NCBI GenBank assembly: GCA_045862895.1
Contig: BTUO01000005.1
Location: 207,980-271,979 of the forward strand
Direction of reading: 5' to 3'
Length of the DNA: 64,000 nucleotides
Origin: Acidobacteriota bacterium
Lineage (GTDB): Bacteria; Acidobacteriota; Thermoanaerobaculia; Multivoradales; JAGPDF01
This document shows, piece after piece, positions 42,714-53,059 of this stretch. Made by a program: the position numbers and the translations under genes. The notes under the pieces were generated by a model. That model was given only the letters and a program-made list of their open reading frames with translations. It did no database searches and had not been told where the DNA came from. How positions within the stretch are numbered: the first letter of the stretch is position 1; each line of letters begins with the position of its first letter.

Positions 42714-43913
42714 CTATTCGGCGCGCAGCGCCTCGATCGGGTCGAGCGCCGCCGCGCGCGCGGCGGGAGCCGAGCCCGAGACCAGCCCGGTCAGCAGGCT
42801 CACGCCGAGCGCCGCCGCGGCGTAGACCGGCGGCGTCGCCACCGGCAGCCCCGGGAAGAAGGCGCGCAGCAGCGCGCAGAGCGCCAGCCCGGCGGCGAGC
42901 CCCGCGATCCCACCCGCGAGACCGAGCATCGCCGCCTCCGCCAGGAACAGCATGCGCACCTGCCGGCGGGTGGCGCCGCAGGCGCGCACCAGTCCGATCT
43001 CCGAGGTGCGCTCGCCGACCGCGATCCACATCATGGTCAGCACCCCGATCGCCCCGACCAGCAGCGAGATGCCGCCGATGGCGCCGACCGCCAGCGTCAG
43101 GATGCCCATGACGTTGCCGAAGACGTCGAGCATCGCCTGCTGGGTGGTGACCGTGAAGTCCTCGTCGCCGTGGCGCGCGGTGAGCGCCCGGCGGACTCCG
43201 GCCTCGACGGACGCCGCCAGCCCCGGGTGGGCGTAGGTGACGTGGATCTCGTGCAGCTCGGCGAGGTTGAACAGCTGCATCGCCGAGGCCACCGGTACGT
43301 AGGCGACGTCGTCGATGTCGATGCCCAACATGCTCCCCTTCGGCTCCATCAGGCCGACGACTCGGAAACGGGCGCCGGCGATGCGGACCCGCTCGCCCAG
43401 GGGGCTCGTCTCGCCGAACAGCTCGCGCGCCAGCCTCTGGCCGAGCACGCACGCCGGCAGGGCGCGGCGTGGATCGCCGGCCGGCCAGAAGCTGCCCTGG
43501 CGAACGCGGAATCTCCAGACCTCCGGAACGTCGGGCGTGACGCCGTAGATCGGCACCGCCCGCACCCGACCGTCCGGCCCGCCCTCGACCGGCGCCGTGC
43601 CGATCGCGAGCGGCACCACGCGGGTCACCCCCGGCACCCGCTCGAGCGACATCGCGTCGTCGAGCGTCAGCGGGTCGGTGGTGCCGCCGAAGATTCCCGG
43701 GATACCCGCGGTCTCGGTGCGCCCGGGGTTGATCGAGATCAGATTGGTGCCGAACTGCGAGAACTGCTCGAGCACGTAGCGGCGGGTGCCCTCGCCGATC
43801 GAGGTCAGCAGCACCACCGCGGCGACGCCGATCGCGATGCCGAGGATCGACAGCGACGAGCGCGTCCGCTGCGAGCGCACGGTGCCGGCGGCGAGCAGGA
43901 GCAGATCACGCAC
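42714..43913 (-). CDS. ABC transporter permease, MacB/FtsX family
   Basis: N-terminal TM, large periplasmic domain, C-terminal FtsX 3-TM bundle. Confidence 0.85.
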   Translation of the reverse strand: MRDLLLLAAGTVRSQRTRSSLSILGIAIGVAAVVLLTSIGEGTRRYVLEQFSQFGTNLISINPGRTETAGIPGIFGGTTDPLTLDDAMSLERVPGVTRVVPLAIGTAPVEGGPDGRVRAVPIYGVTPDVPEVWRFRVRQGSFWPAGDPRRALPACVLGQRLARELFGETSPLGERVRIAGARFRVVGLMEPKGSMLGIDIDDVAYVPVASAMQLFNLAELHEIHVTYAHPGLAASVEAGVRRALTARHGDEDFTVTTQQAMLDVFGNVMGILTLAVGAIGGISLLVGAIGVLTMMWIAVGERTSEIGLVRACGATRRQVRMLFLAEAAMLGLAGGIAGLAAGLALCALLRAFFPGLPVATPPVYAAAALGVSLLTGLVSGSAPAARAAALDPIEALRAE

Positions 43914-43916
43914 GGC

Positions 43917-45115
43917 TCACCGCTTCGCCAGAGCCGTCACCGGGTCGAGCCGCGTCGCGCGGCGCGCCGGCAGCCAGCCGAAGCCGAGACCGACGGCGAC
44001 CGCCAGCGCCAGCGCGGCCGCCACCGCCCAGGCCGGCGGCGAAGCCGGCAGCTCCGGCCAGATCCCGACCAGCACCCGCACCCCCAGCCAGCCGGCGGCC
44101 AGACCGACCAGCCCGCCCGCGGTCGCCAGCAACGCCGACTCGGCGAGGAAGCAGGCCAGGATCTGTCGCCGCCCGGCGCCGAGCGCGCGCAGCAGACCGA
44201 TCTCCGCCGTGCGCTCCGCGACCGAGACCAGCATGACGTTCATGATGCCGATGCCGGCCACCGCCAGCGAGATCGCGGCGATCGCCGCCACGGCCAGCGT
44301 CAGCGCGCCGAGGATCGACGACAGCGAGTCGACGACCGCGTCCTCGGTCATCACCGTCACGTCCTCGCGGCCGTGGCGCTCGACGAGCACCGCCAGCGCG
44401 CGGTCGCGCAGCCGGTCGACCTCTCCCGCGGAGCGCGCCTCGACGATGACCCGGAACAGCGACGAACGATCGAAGATCCGCATCGCGGTCGCCACCGGGA
44501 TCAGCACCATCTCGTCGAGGTCCATGCCGAGCTGCCGGCCGCGCGACGCGGTGACTCCGAGCACCCGGCAGCGCGTCGCGCCGACTCGCACCGTGCGCCC
44601 CACCGCCTCCTCCGACCCGAACAACTCACGCGCCACGCGATGCCCGATCACCGCGACCGGCGCCCCGCGCTCGAGGTCGAGCTCGGGCAGCGAACGCCCC
44701 GAGCCGATCGCGATCCGCCGCAGCTCGACGAAGCCCGCGGTCGCTCCCACCACCACCACCCGCCGGTCGCGGCCGCCCGCCGAGACCGTTTCGGTGCCGA
44801 CCACCATCGGCTCGACCCGCCGCGCCTCCGGTAGCGAGCGGCGCAGCGCGCGGACGTCGTCGAGGGTCAGGTCGCTGGCGGCGCCGCCGATGCCGGGGAA
44901 TCCGCCGCGGGTCTCGGTGCGGCCGGGCAGGATGGCGACGAAATTCGATCCGATCTGCGCGAACTGGTCGAGGACGTAGCGCCGCGCCCCCTCGCCGAGA
45001 GCGGTCAGCAGCACGACCGCGGCGATGCCGATGGCGACGCCCGTGAGCGACAGCGCGCTCCTCAGGCGGCGACCGGCGAGGGCGCCGCCGGCGAATCCGA
45101 GCAGGTCGCGCGCGG

Positions 45116-45119
<4 letters not shown>
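43917..45119 (-). CDS. ABC transporter permease, MacB/FtsX family (paralogue)
   Basis: Same architecture as neighbouring permease. Confidence 0.85.
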
Positions 45120-45837
<718 letters not shown>

Positions 45838-45841
<4 letters not shown>

Positions 45842-46995
45842 GGAGCGGGGTCGGCCGGCGCCTCGACCGCGCGGGCGCCGGCGCGCACGTCGGTCGTGTC
45901 GAACGAGGTCACAACCCGGTCGCCCGCGGCGAGGCCGGAGCGCACCTCGGTCCACTCCCAGTTGCCGAGCCCGCGCTCGATCGCGCGATCGACCAGGACC
46001 TCGCCGTCGAGCACCAGCACGCGGTCGCCCGCGAGCACCGCCGCGGTCGGGACGCGCAGCGCGTCGAGGGTCGCCTCGAGGATGACCTCGACGTCGGCCG
46101 AAGTGCCCGGCAGCAAGGTCGCCGCCAGGGCCGGATCGTCGAGCTCGACCTCGATCTCGACCGTGCGGTTCTGGGCCTCGAGGTCGAGCACGTAGGGGGC
46201 GACCCGCACGACCCGCCCCGCGAAGGTGCGTCCGGGGTGCGAGTCGACGGTGGCGCGTACCGGCAGCCCGGGGGTGAGGGCGCCGGCGTCGACTTCGTCC
46301 ATCGGCAGCGACAGGTAGATCGACGCAGAGTCGATCAGGTCGATCACCGGCGGGAGCGGCACCCCGGGCGGCGACGGCGTGATCCACTCTCCGACTTCGG
46401 TGGAGACTTCGGCGACGACACCGGAAAACGGTGCCCGCACGGTTCGCCTGGCGACCGCCGTCTCGGCCAGCTCGCGGGCGGCGACGGCGCTGTCGAGGAC
46501 GGCGCTCGCGGTGGCGCAGGCGGCATCGGCCTGGGCCGCCGCGGTCCGCGCGCGCTCGAACAGGTCCGCGGAGACGACGCCCTGGCCGTAGAGCGACTCC
46601 TGCCGATGGAGCTCGCGCCGAGCCTGCTCGGCGCCGAGGCAGGAGCGTTCCCGTTCCGCGCGGGCGGCCGCTACCTCCCTGGACGCGACCTCGAGCTGGC
46701 CGCGCTCGAGCTTGGAGTCGAGGACCAGGAGGATCTCGCCCGCCTCGACGCGGTCGCCCTCGCGATGGGGCAGCAGCGCCACCGGACCACCGACCTCCGG
46801 CGAGACCCGGGCGCGGCGCCGCGCTGCGACCGTCCCGGCGCGGGTGTTGGTGGCGGTGCGTTCGACGGCACCGCGCTCGATCGCGGCGGTGCGGACTTCG
46901 ACCGACTCGGGGGCGAGTGCCAGCCGGAGCGCGAAGGCGCCGGCGACGACGAGGATCGCGGCGACGACGACGCGGCGCAAGGTCTTGCGGCTCAT
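45838..46995 (-). CDS. Efflux periplasmic adaptor (HlyD/membrane-fusion protein family)
   Basis: N-terminal TM anchor, coiled-coil and beta-barrel regions typical of MFPs; ATG at 46995 with GGAGG RBS. Confidence 0.8.
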
Positions 46996-47061
46996 CGCCT
47001 CCACTTTAGGCCCGTTGCCGGGCCGCCGGCCCACCCTCGCGGACGGGAGTGTCCGGCGCGG

Positions 47062-47553
47062 TCAGCGGCCGCCGCGGCCACGGCGCCGGCCGCCGTCGTC
47101 GCGTTGTCGCACGCCGAAGGTGGCTTCGAGACCGGCCAGCAGCTCGGCCTTCTCGGTCTCGCCGAGACGGGCCTCCGGATGCGCCACCAGATAGATCGGC
47201 AGCGGCATCTCGCCTTCGCGCAGCTCCTCGGCGGCCTCGTCGGCGTGACGTTGCGGCAGCTGCCATTCCGAGACGTTCAGATGCCGTCGACCGTTGGCGA
47301 CGTCCGAGGCGACCAGCCAGGAGACCGGCGCCACTCGCGAGTACCAGGGCCAGACGGTCCGGTTCGAGTGGCAGTCACCGCAGGTACGGTGGAACAGCTC
47401 GCGGGTGCGCGGCGAATCCCACGCCGGCTCGGCGACCACCGGCGGGTTGTCACGCGGCGCGCCGACCGGCAGCAGCTGCATCACGACGAACAGTCCGGCG
47501 ACCAGGCCGCCCAGGATCCCCCACTCGCGCCGGGTGAGACCGCGCCTCGCCAT
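47062..47553 (-). CDS. Haem-binding-domain (Haem_bd, CxxCH-like CGDCHS) membrane-anchored protein
   Basis: FHRTCGDCHSNRTVWPWYSRVAPVSWLVASDV...LNVSEW matches the Haem_bd family; ATG at 47553 with GGAGG RBS. Confidence 0.6.
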   Translation of the reverse strand: MARRGLTRREWGILGGLVAGLFVVMQLLPVGAPRDNPPVVAEPAWDSPRTRELFHRTCGDCHSNRTVWPWYSRVAPVSWLVASDVANGRRHLNVSEWQLPQRHADEAAEELREGEMPLPIYLVAHPEARLGETEKAELLAGLEATFGVRQRDDGGRRRGRGGR

Positions 47554-47555
47554 GC

Positions 47556-49658
47556 TCAAACCTCCGCGTCGCGCGGCTTGGCCACCAGCTGCACGACGAC
47601 TTCCATCTGACCGGTCTGCGGGAACAGGTCGACCAGAATCAGGGATTCGACCTCGAAGGCGTAGGCGAGCTCGGCCAGGTCGCGCGCCAGCGCCGCCGGA
47701 TGGCAGGAGACATAGGTCAGCCGCGCCGGCCGGCGCGCCACCAGCGCGGCACGCACGGCGCGGCCGAGCCCGGAGCGCGGCGGATCGACGACGACGCGAT
47801 CGACGCCGGCGGGCAGACCCTCGACGATCCAGGTGTCGACCGCCTGCGCGACGACCTCGATCGACTCGAGGCGCGCGACGCGCGCGTTCTTGCGCGCCAG
47901 CCGGGCCGCGATGCGATCCCCTTCGACCGCGGTGACGCGGCCGTAGCGACCGGCGAGCGGCAGCGCGAAGAGTCCGACGCCGGCGTAGAGATCGAAAGCG
48001 CTCTCGCCCTGCCAGGGGCCGACGACGCGGTCGACGAGCTCGTCGAGCAGACCGGCGTGCCCCTGGAAGAAACCGCGCGCGTCGAAGTGGAGCTCGTGGC
48101 CGGCGACCCGGCGCACCAGCTCGGCGCCGAGGTAGCCGCCGACGGCGGGGGCCGCGGCGATCTCGCCGCCATCGCCCACGGCGAGGTCGACGCGCGGCGG
48201 CAGCGGTGACGCCAGGCGCTCGCCGAGCGTCGTCACCGCGCGCTCGAGGTCGGGCACGAGGATCGGGCAGCGCTCGACCACGACCAGATGGTGCGAGCCG
48301 CGTGCGTGATAGCCGACGCGCGCCGCGCCGTCCGGCCCCTCGTCGACGTGGACGCTGGTGCGCAGCCGGTAGCCCCAGGCCGCGCCGGCGACGATCTCGC
48401 TCGGCGGAGGCAGGAGCTGTTTCGACAGCTTCGCGAGGGTCTCGAGCGTCGCGCGCGACTTCCACTCGAGCTGGGTCCGTTCGTCGAGGTGCTGGAGGTC
48501 GCAGCCGCCGCACTCGGCGAAGTGCGGACACGGCGGCTCGCGCCGGCCCGGTCCGGGCGCCAGCACTTCGACCACTTCGCCGCGGCCGTAGTCGGGCCGG
48601 CGCTCGGTCAGCCGGACGCGGACGCGGTCGCCGGGCGCCGTCCGCGGCACGAACACCGGTACCCCTTCGAAGCGGGCCAGGCCGTCCCCTCCCGCCACCA
48701 GTTTCTCGATGGCGAGCTCGACCTCGTCGAGGCCGGCCAGCCGGAGGCCGACCGGCGGCGGACCGGTCGGCTCGAGCGGCGGCCTCGCCCTCTCTTCGCG
48801 CCGCGGCCGTTCGCGCCGTTCGTCGGGACCGCGCCGCGGGCGTTCGCGGGGCGGAGCTCCTCGACTCGGACCGCGGTCGCCGAACCCGGGGCGGCGGCCG
48901 CGATCGCCGGCTCCGGCGCCGGGCTCCCGATGGCGATCCGGCGCACCCCGGCGGGCGGGAGCGCCGCCCACGGGTCTCCGCGAGTCCTCCGGCCGGCGGG
49001 GTCGGTACCCCTCCGGCCGCGGCGGACGATCCCCGGAGCGCGGCGGGCGCTCTCCGGATCGCGGGGGCCGATCGCCGGCGCGCGGCGGGCGGTCCCCCGT
49101 GCGTGGCGGACGATCGCCCGTTCGTGCGGGACGGTCGCCAAACCTCGGCGGACGGTCGCCCGCGCGAGCGGCGCGGTCGCCGAATCGTGGCGCTCGATCG
49201 CCGGCGCGAGCGGGACGGTCGCCGAACCGTGGCGGGCGATCGCCGGCGCGAGCGGGACGGTCACCGGGTCGTGGCGGGCGGTCCCCGGATCGCGGCGGAC
49301 GCTCGTCGGATCGCGGCGGACGATCACCGGCTCGCGGCGGACGCTCGTCGGATCGCGGCGGGTAGCCGGCCCGGCCGCGCGGCGGACGCTCGTCGGATCG
49401 CGGCGGACGACGATCGCCGGGCCGCTGCGGACGCTCTCCGGGTCGCGCCGGACGCTCGCCCGGGCGCGCGGGCCGCTCTCCGGTGCGCGGCGGGCGGTCG
49501 CCGCCGGCTCGCCCGCGCGTATCGGGTGAGCGCTCGCGCCCCGCGGGGCCTCGCGGTCGGTCTCCCGACGAGCTTCGGCGGTCTCCGGAGCCCGGTCGCA
49601 CCGGGCCCCTCCCCCCGCGTCCACCGCGTCCACCCGATCCTCCGTCTCGTCCGTTCAC
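47556..49658 (-). CDS. rlmD: 23S rRNA (uracil-C5)-methyltransferase RlmD/RumA-like with about 300-aa RGG / RPPRxGD-repeat N-terminal extension
   Basis: C-terminal 400 aa: TRAM domain, 4Fe-4S Cys cluster (CPHFAECGGCDLQHL), SAM-MTase motifs (FDLYAGVGLF, VDPPRSG); in-frame upstream GTG at 49658 overlaps MBL-hydrolase TGA (GTGA) with GGAGG 6 nt upstream; catalytic core alone starts near 48760. Confidence 0.55.
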   Translation of the reverse strand: MNGRDGGSGGRGGRGGRGPVRPGSGDRRSSSGDRPRGPAGRERSPDTRGRAGGDRPPRTGERPARPGERPARPGERPQRPGDRRPPRSDERPPRGRAGYPPRSDERPPRAGDRPPRSDERPPRSGDRPPRPGDRPARAGDRPPRFGDRPARAGDRAPRFGDRAARAGDRPPRFGDRPARTGDRPPRTGDRPPRAGDRPPRSGERPPRSGDRPPRPEGYRPRRPEDSRRPVGGAPARRGAPDRHREPGAGAGDRGRRPGFGDRGPSRGAPPRERPRRGPDERRERPRREERARPPLEPTGPPPVGLRLAGLDEVELAIEKLVAGGDGLARFEGVPVFVPRTAPGDRVRVRLTERRPDYGRGEVVEVLAPGPGRREPPCPHFAECGGCDLQHLDERTQLEWKSRATLETLAKLSKQLLPPPSEIVAGAAWGYRLRTSVHVDEGPDGAARVGYHARGSHHLVVVERCPILVPDLERAVTTLGERLASPLPPRVDLAVGDGGEIAAAPAVGGYLGAELVRRVAGHELHFDARGFFQGHAGLLDELVDRVVGPWQGESAFDLYAGVGLFALPLAGRYGRVTAVEGDRIAARLARKNARVARLESIEVVAQAVDTWIVEGLPAGVDRVVVDPPRSGLGRAVRAALVARRPARLTYVSCHPAALARDLAELAYAFEVESLILVDLFPQTGQMEVVVQLVAKPRDAEV
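48977..49487. repeat. Array of degenerate 21-nt (7-codon) tandem repeats encoding RPxRxGD units
   Basis: Period-21 nucleotide repeats visible in all frames; in RlmD frame gives GDRPPRFGDRPARAGDRAPRFGDR... Confidence 0.7.
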
Positions 49659-50491
49659 GCGGCCTCCGGCACCAGCAAGTGAACCCGTCCGGCCAGCCCG
49701 TGCAGCCGCCGCGCGACCTCGACTTCGAGCTCGCGACGGCTGTGACGGCGAGACAGGTGATGGAGCACGATCGCTTCGCAGCCGGCCAGGCGCCCGGCGG
49801 CTGCTTCGAGGTCCTCGACGTGGAGGTGACCGTAGGCCGAGCCGCGCTCGCGGGTGTCGCCGCCGAGGAAGGTGCACTCGACCAACAGGACCCGGCTCTC
49901 GCCCAGTCTCCTCGCGAGATCGAAGACGCCCGGGCCGGTGTCGCCGCAGTACGAGAGCAGGATCTCCTCGCGCTCGACGTCGACCGGGAATCCGTCGTGG
50001 CGGCGGCGCGCGATCTCCTCGCCCGGCACGCCGGCGAGCTCCGGCAGCAAACGCCGGCGGCGGCGGATCAGGTGATATCCGACCGAGGGGACGACGTGGT
50101 CGACGGCGAAGGCCTCGACCGCGAAGCCGCCCGCCAGCTCGATCCGGTGCCCCGGCTCGACTCCGACGATCTCGCGCGGATAGGTCCCCCGCTCGAGCCG
50201 CTCGGCCGCGGCGACGAAGCGCTCGAGGTCGTCGGCGATCGCCGCCGGGCAGACCACGCGGGTCGAGCCGGCGCCCTGGAGCTTCCTCTGGGAGAGCAAC
50301 CAGGGGACGCCGAGCGCGTGATCGAGATGGCCGTGGGTGAGGAACAGGTCGCGCACGCCGACCTGCGCCGGCGCGCCGCGGCCGGCATCGAATGCGATGC
50401 CGGGAGGTCGGACCCGGAACCAGGTCTCCTCACCGGCGCGCGAGAAACCCTCGATCGAGAGCTCCCCCACCACGAGCGCGCCGGCGGCCAC
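49655..50491 (-). CDS. MBL-fold metallo-hydrolase (RNase Z/RNase BN-like short form)
   Basis: HxHxDH motif (LTHGHLDHALG) and downstream His/Asp ligands. Confidence 0.7.
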   Translation of the reverse strand: MAAGALVVGELSIEGFSRAGEETWFRVRPPGIAFDAGRGAPAQVGVRDLFLTHGHLDHALGVPWLLSQRKLQGAGSTRVVCPAAIADDLERFVAAAERLERGTYPREIVGVEPGHRIELAGGFAVEAFAVDHVVPSVGYHLIRRRRRLLPELAGVPGEEIARRRHDGFPVDVEREEILLSYCGDTGPGVFDLARRLGESRVLLVECTFLGGDTRERGSAYGHLHVEDLEAAAGRLAGCEAIVLHHLSRRHSRRELEVEVARRLHGLAGRVHLLVPEAA

Positions 50492-50498
50492 GTCGGGC

Positions 50499-51566
50499 TC
50501 AGATCTCGGTGTAGATCCAGCGCCGCAGCGGCTCGAGCCGCTTCGACAGCCCCGCCGTGTCGGGGTCGATCAGCCAGAGCGCGGCGGCGATCGACGACAG
50601 CAGCGAGTTGCCGTCCTGCGGCGTGAAGCAGAAGCCGTAGAGCTCGCGATTCCGCTTGACCGCCAGCGTCGGCAGCACCACCACGGTCTGCGACAGGATG
50701 CGGCCGTAGTAGCCGTGGTCGCGGCCGAAGCTGAACACCTCGTTCGAGTTCCTCTTGTCGGTCACCGCCACGCGGACGTTGGCGCGCAGGCGCTCGATCA
50801 TCTCGTTCTTGGTGATGTCGCGATCGAACACCAGGTTGAACCAGATCGAGTGCATGTACTGCGTGTTGAGCTTGACCGCGCTCGAGAACAGGTCGAACTT
50901 CTGGCCGAGCGTCTCGAAGACGTGGAAGGCGTCGTGGGCGTGGTGGGTGCCGAACTCGGCGTCGTCGTGCTTGCCGACCTGGGGCGAGGGCGCGAAGTCC
51001 TTGGTCTGCGAGATGTCGTTGGCCCGCCGCATGCAGACGAAGTTTCCGCGCGCGAGCGAGTACTGGTCGCCGCCCTCGTGGCAAAGCGTCTTGATCAGCG
51101 TCGTGATGTTGTGGGTGTTGCAGGAGACGACCTGGATGAAGCGGTCCTCTCCGGGCCGCAGCACCTCGTCGTTGATGCCTCGGGCGTAGGGAACGCCGAA
51201 GCCGAACTCGCTGCCCTGGGCGATGAAGCCCTTCGGCCCCTGGATGTGGTCGTAGTACTTCGCCTTCATGTCGTTGCCGGCGGGAGTGCAGTCGATCACC
51301 ACCGTGGCGCGGGCGATCGCCTCCTCGGCCTCGAAGTCGACCTTGTGGCCGAGCTTCTCGAAGGCGTCCTTCTGGTCGGAGTCGGTGGCCAGCTTGGCGC
51401 CGCGCGACAGCAGGTGGTGGATCTTCGAACGGTCCGAGGCGAGCGGGGTGCGCTTGTGGAAGGTCACTTCGTCGAGACCGAGCTTCTCGCGGAAGTCGGT
51501 GAACAGGCCGATCAGCGGCTCGCCGATCGTGCCCGTGCCCACGATGTGGACGACGTTCTTCTTCAT
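50499..51566 (-). CDS. NAD(P)-dependent dehydrogenase, type II (archaeal-type) glyceraldehyde-3-phosphate dehydrogenase-like
   Basis: N-terminal Rossmann GTGTIG and catalytic VSCNTHNITT motif; GGAGGAG RBS; overlapping 520-aa ORF is artefact. Confidence 0.55.
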   Translation of the reverse strand: MKKNVVHIVGTGTIGEPLIGLFTDFREKLGLDEVTFHKRTPLASDRSKIHHLLSRGAKLATDSDQKDAFEKLGHKVDFEAEEAIARATVVIDCTPAGNDMKAKYYDHIQGPKGFIAQGSEFGFGVPYARGINDEVLRPGEDRFIQVVSCNTHNITTLIKTLCHEGGDQYSLARGNFVCMRRANDISQTKDFAPSPQVGKHDDAEFGTHHAHDAFHVFETLGQKFDLFSSAVKLNTQYMHSIWFNLVFDRDITKNEMIERLRANVRVAVTDKRNSNEVFSFGRDHGYYGRILSQTVVVLPTLAVKRNRELYGFCFTPQDGNSLLSSIAAALWLIDPDTAGLSKRLEPLRRWIYTEI

Positions 51567-51700
51567 GCCTCTCCTCCGGGGAGCGGGGCCGCTCGGACCC
51601 GGCGCTCGCGGCCGGATCGGGGCCCTGCACTCGTCAAAACGACCGCGAACAGCGTAACATAGGGCGCGTCATCCCGACCGGGCACGCCGCTTGCTTCGCG

Positions 51701-51937
51701 TCACGCCGATTCACCGTGACCGGAGCCGCGCCATTCGGGGTCGCGCCGAGCGAAGTCGTCGAGCTCGCGCGGCACCTCGACGATCGTGCGGGTCACGTCG
51801 GGGTCGCAAACGTCGTTCTCGCATTCGAAGGTGTAGACGTTCCAGTCCTCGCGCCGTCCGAAGCCGGTCAGGGTCTGGTAGGTGTCGCAGTGGCCGCACT
51901 TGATGGAGATCTCGCGGATGTTGATCATGTCCGGCAA
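51701..51937 (-). CDS. Small 4-Cys zinc-ribbon-like protein (78 aa)
   Basis: CGHC ... CENDVC pairs; non-GC-biased residue usage suggests real coding; no obvious SD. Confidence 0.4.
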   Translation of the reverse strand: MPDMINIREISIKCGHCDTYQTLTGFGRREDWNVYTFECENDVCDPDVTRTIVEVPRELDDFARRDPEWRGSGHGESA

Positions 51938-52919
51938 CCGTAACAGAGGGCTGGCGCGGGCGACCCTTGCGGCGGCTCTCGCGGCCTGGATGGGCGCTGC
52001 GGCCCTGGCCTCCGGTCAGACGCCGCCCGCCGCCCCTCCGGACGCCGAGGAGCCGGCGCCGGGCGCCGCTTTCGAGGAGGAGGTGGCGGTCTCCTGGATC
52101 CTGGTGCCGGTCATCGTCAAATCCCGGAAGGGGTACGTCGAAGGGCTGAAACGACAGGACTTCCAACTGCGGGTGGACGGCAAGCCGGCGACCTTCCAGG
52201 ACTTCGAACAGCGCGGCGAGGCGCCCTGGAGCCTGGTCTTCCTGCAGGACCTGTCGGGCAGCATGGGCGTCGGCGGCCGCCTCGAGGCCAGCCGTGAAGC
52301 GGTGCTCTGGTTCCTCGAGAAAGCCAAGGCCGGCGACGAGTTCGCGCTCGCCACCTTCGCCAGCGGCAGTACCCAGGTCGACGTGCCGTTTACCGAGGAC
52401 CTCGATCCGCTGGTCGAATCGGTGCTCTCCTGGGAGGGGTACGGCAAGACCGCGCTCCACGACGCGGTCTCGTGGCTGCCCGACATCTCGGCGCCGAGCC
52501 GCAACGTCAAGCGCGCCGCCGTACTGATCACCGACGGCGCCGACAACGCCAGCCACCTGTCGGCCGCCGAGGCGCGGGAGCTGGTCGAGCGCGCCGAGTT
52601 GCCGGTCTACGTGCTCGGGTTAGAATCGGGAGATCCGTACGCGGTGGACAGCAAGAAGGGCGAAGTCTACGAGTATGCCGACGTCTTGAACCTGCTCGCC
52701 TACCAGACCGGAGGCAAGTACTTTCCGATCGAGGGGCCGGAGGATCTCAAGGAGGCCTGCGCGACGATCGCCGAGGAGATGCGGTTCCAGTACGTTCTCG
52801 GCCTCGAGACGCGGCCGGAGGGGAAGCCGGATTGGCATCCAGTCCAGGTGCTGGTGCGGCGCGAGGGGGTGCAGGTAGTGTCCAGGAAGGGTTATCGAGG
52901 GACCCCGCCCGCCCATTGA
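51927..52919 (+). CDS. Secreted von Willebrand factor A (VWA) domain protein (acidobacterial TIGR03436-like)
   Basis: MIDAS-like LVFLQDLSGSM, VWA fold; signal peptide if start at MSGNRNRGLARATLAAALAAWMGAAALASG (tool ORF begins at 51882). Confidence 0.65.
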   Translation: MSGNRNRGLARATLAAALAAWMGAAALASGQTPPAAPPDAEEPAPGAAFEEEVAVSWILVPVIVKSRKGYVEGLKRQDFQLRVDGKPATFQDFEQRGEAPWSLVFLQDLSGSMGVGGRLEASREAVLWFLEKAKAGDEFALATFASGSTQVDVPFTEDLDPLVESVLSWEGYGKTALHDAVSWLPDISAPSRNVKRAAVLITDGADNASHLSAAEARELVERAELPVYVLGLESGDPYAVDSKKGEVYEYADVLNLLAYQTGGKYFPIEGPEDLKEACATIAEEMRFQYVLGLETRPEGKPDWHPVQVLVRREGVQVVSRKGYRGTPPAH

Positions 52920-52935
52920 GGCACGGAGCGTGCAA
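52919..52935 (+). promoter_or_regulatory. Sigma-54 (-24/-12) promoter candidate aGGCACGgagcgTGCA upstream of ompA-like gene
   Basis: Matches TGGCACG-N4-TTGCA at 14/16 positions with exact GG..GC spacing; about 125 nt upstream of 53060 start. Confidence 0.45.
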
Positions 52936-53059
52936 GCGGTGCCAACTCGGTACCAGGCACGCCGGAACCGGGCCCAGCAAGGGTCGCGCAGCGCGCGCGG
53001 TAGCCGGGCGGGTGATGGAATCAGCCGGACCCATGAACCAGGAGATGGAGGCGATGACG

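Noticed and set aside
48709-49365. Plus-strand repeat ORFs (GGRSPxRGGRSP...) and possible CRISPR-like periodicity
   Set aside because: The 21-nt periodicity is continuous with no spacer-sized unique inserts, is a multiple of 3 and lies in frame with RlmD on the opposite strand. I interpret it as a coding tandem repeat, not a CRISPR array.
49850-49880. Apparent one-base inconsistency between my manual codon reading around 49860 and the ORF-track translations (MBL hydrolase / 49854 ORF)
   Set aside because: Most likely my miscount or a transcription slip in the displayed text rather than a biological frameshift. ORF-track coordinates were used for all gene boundaries.
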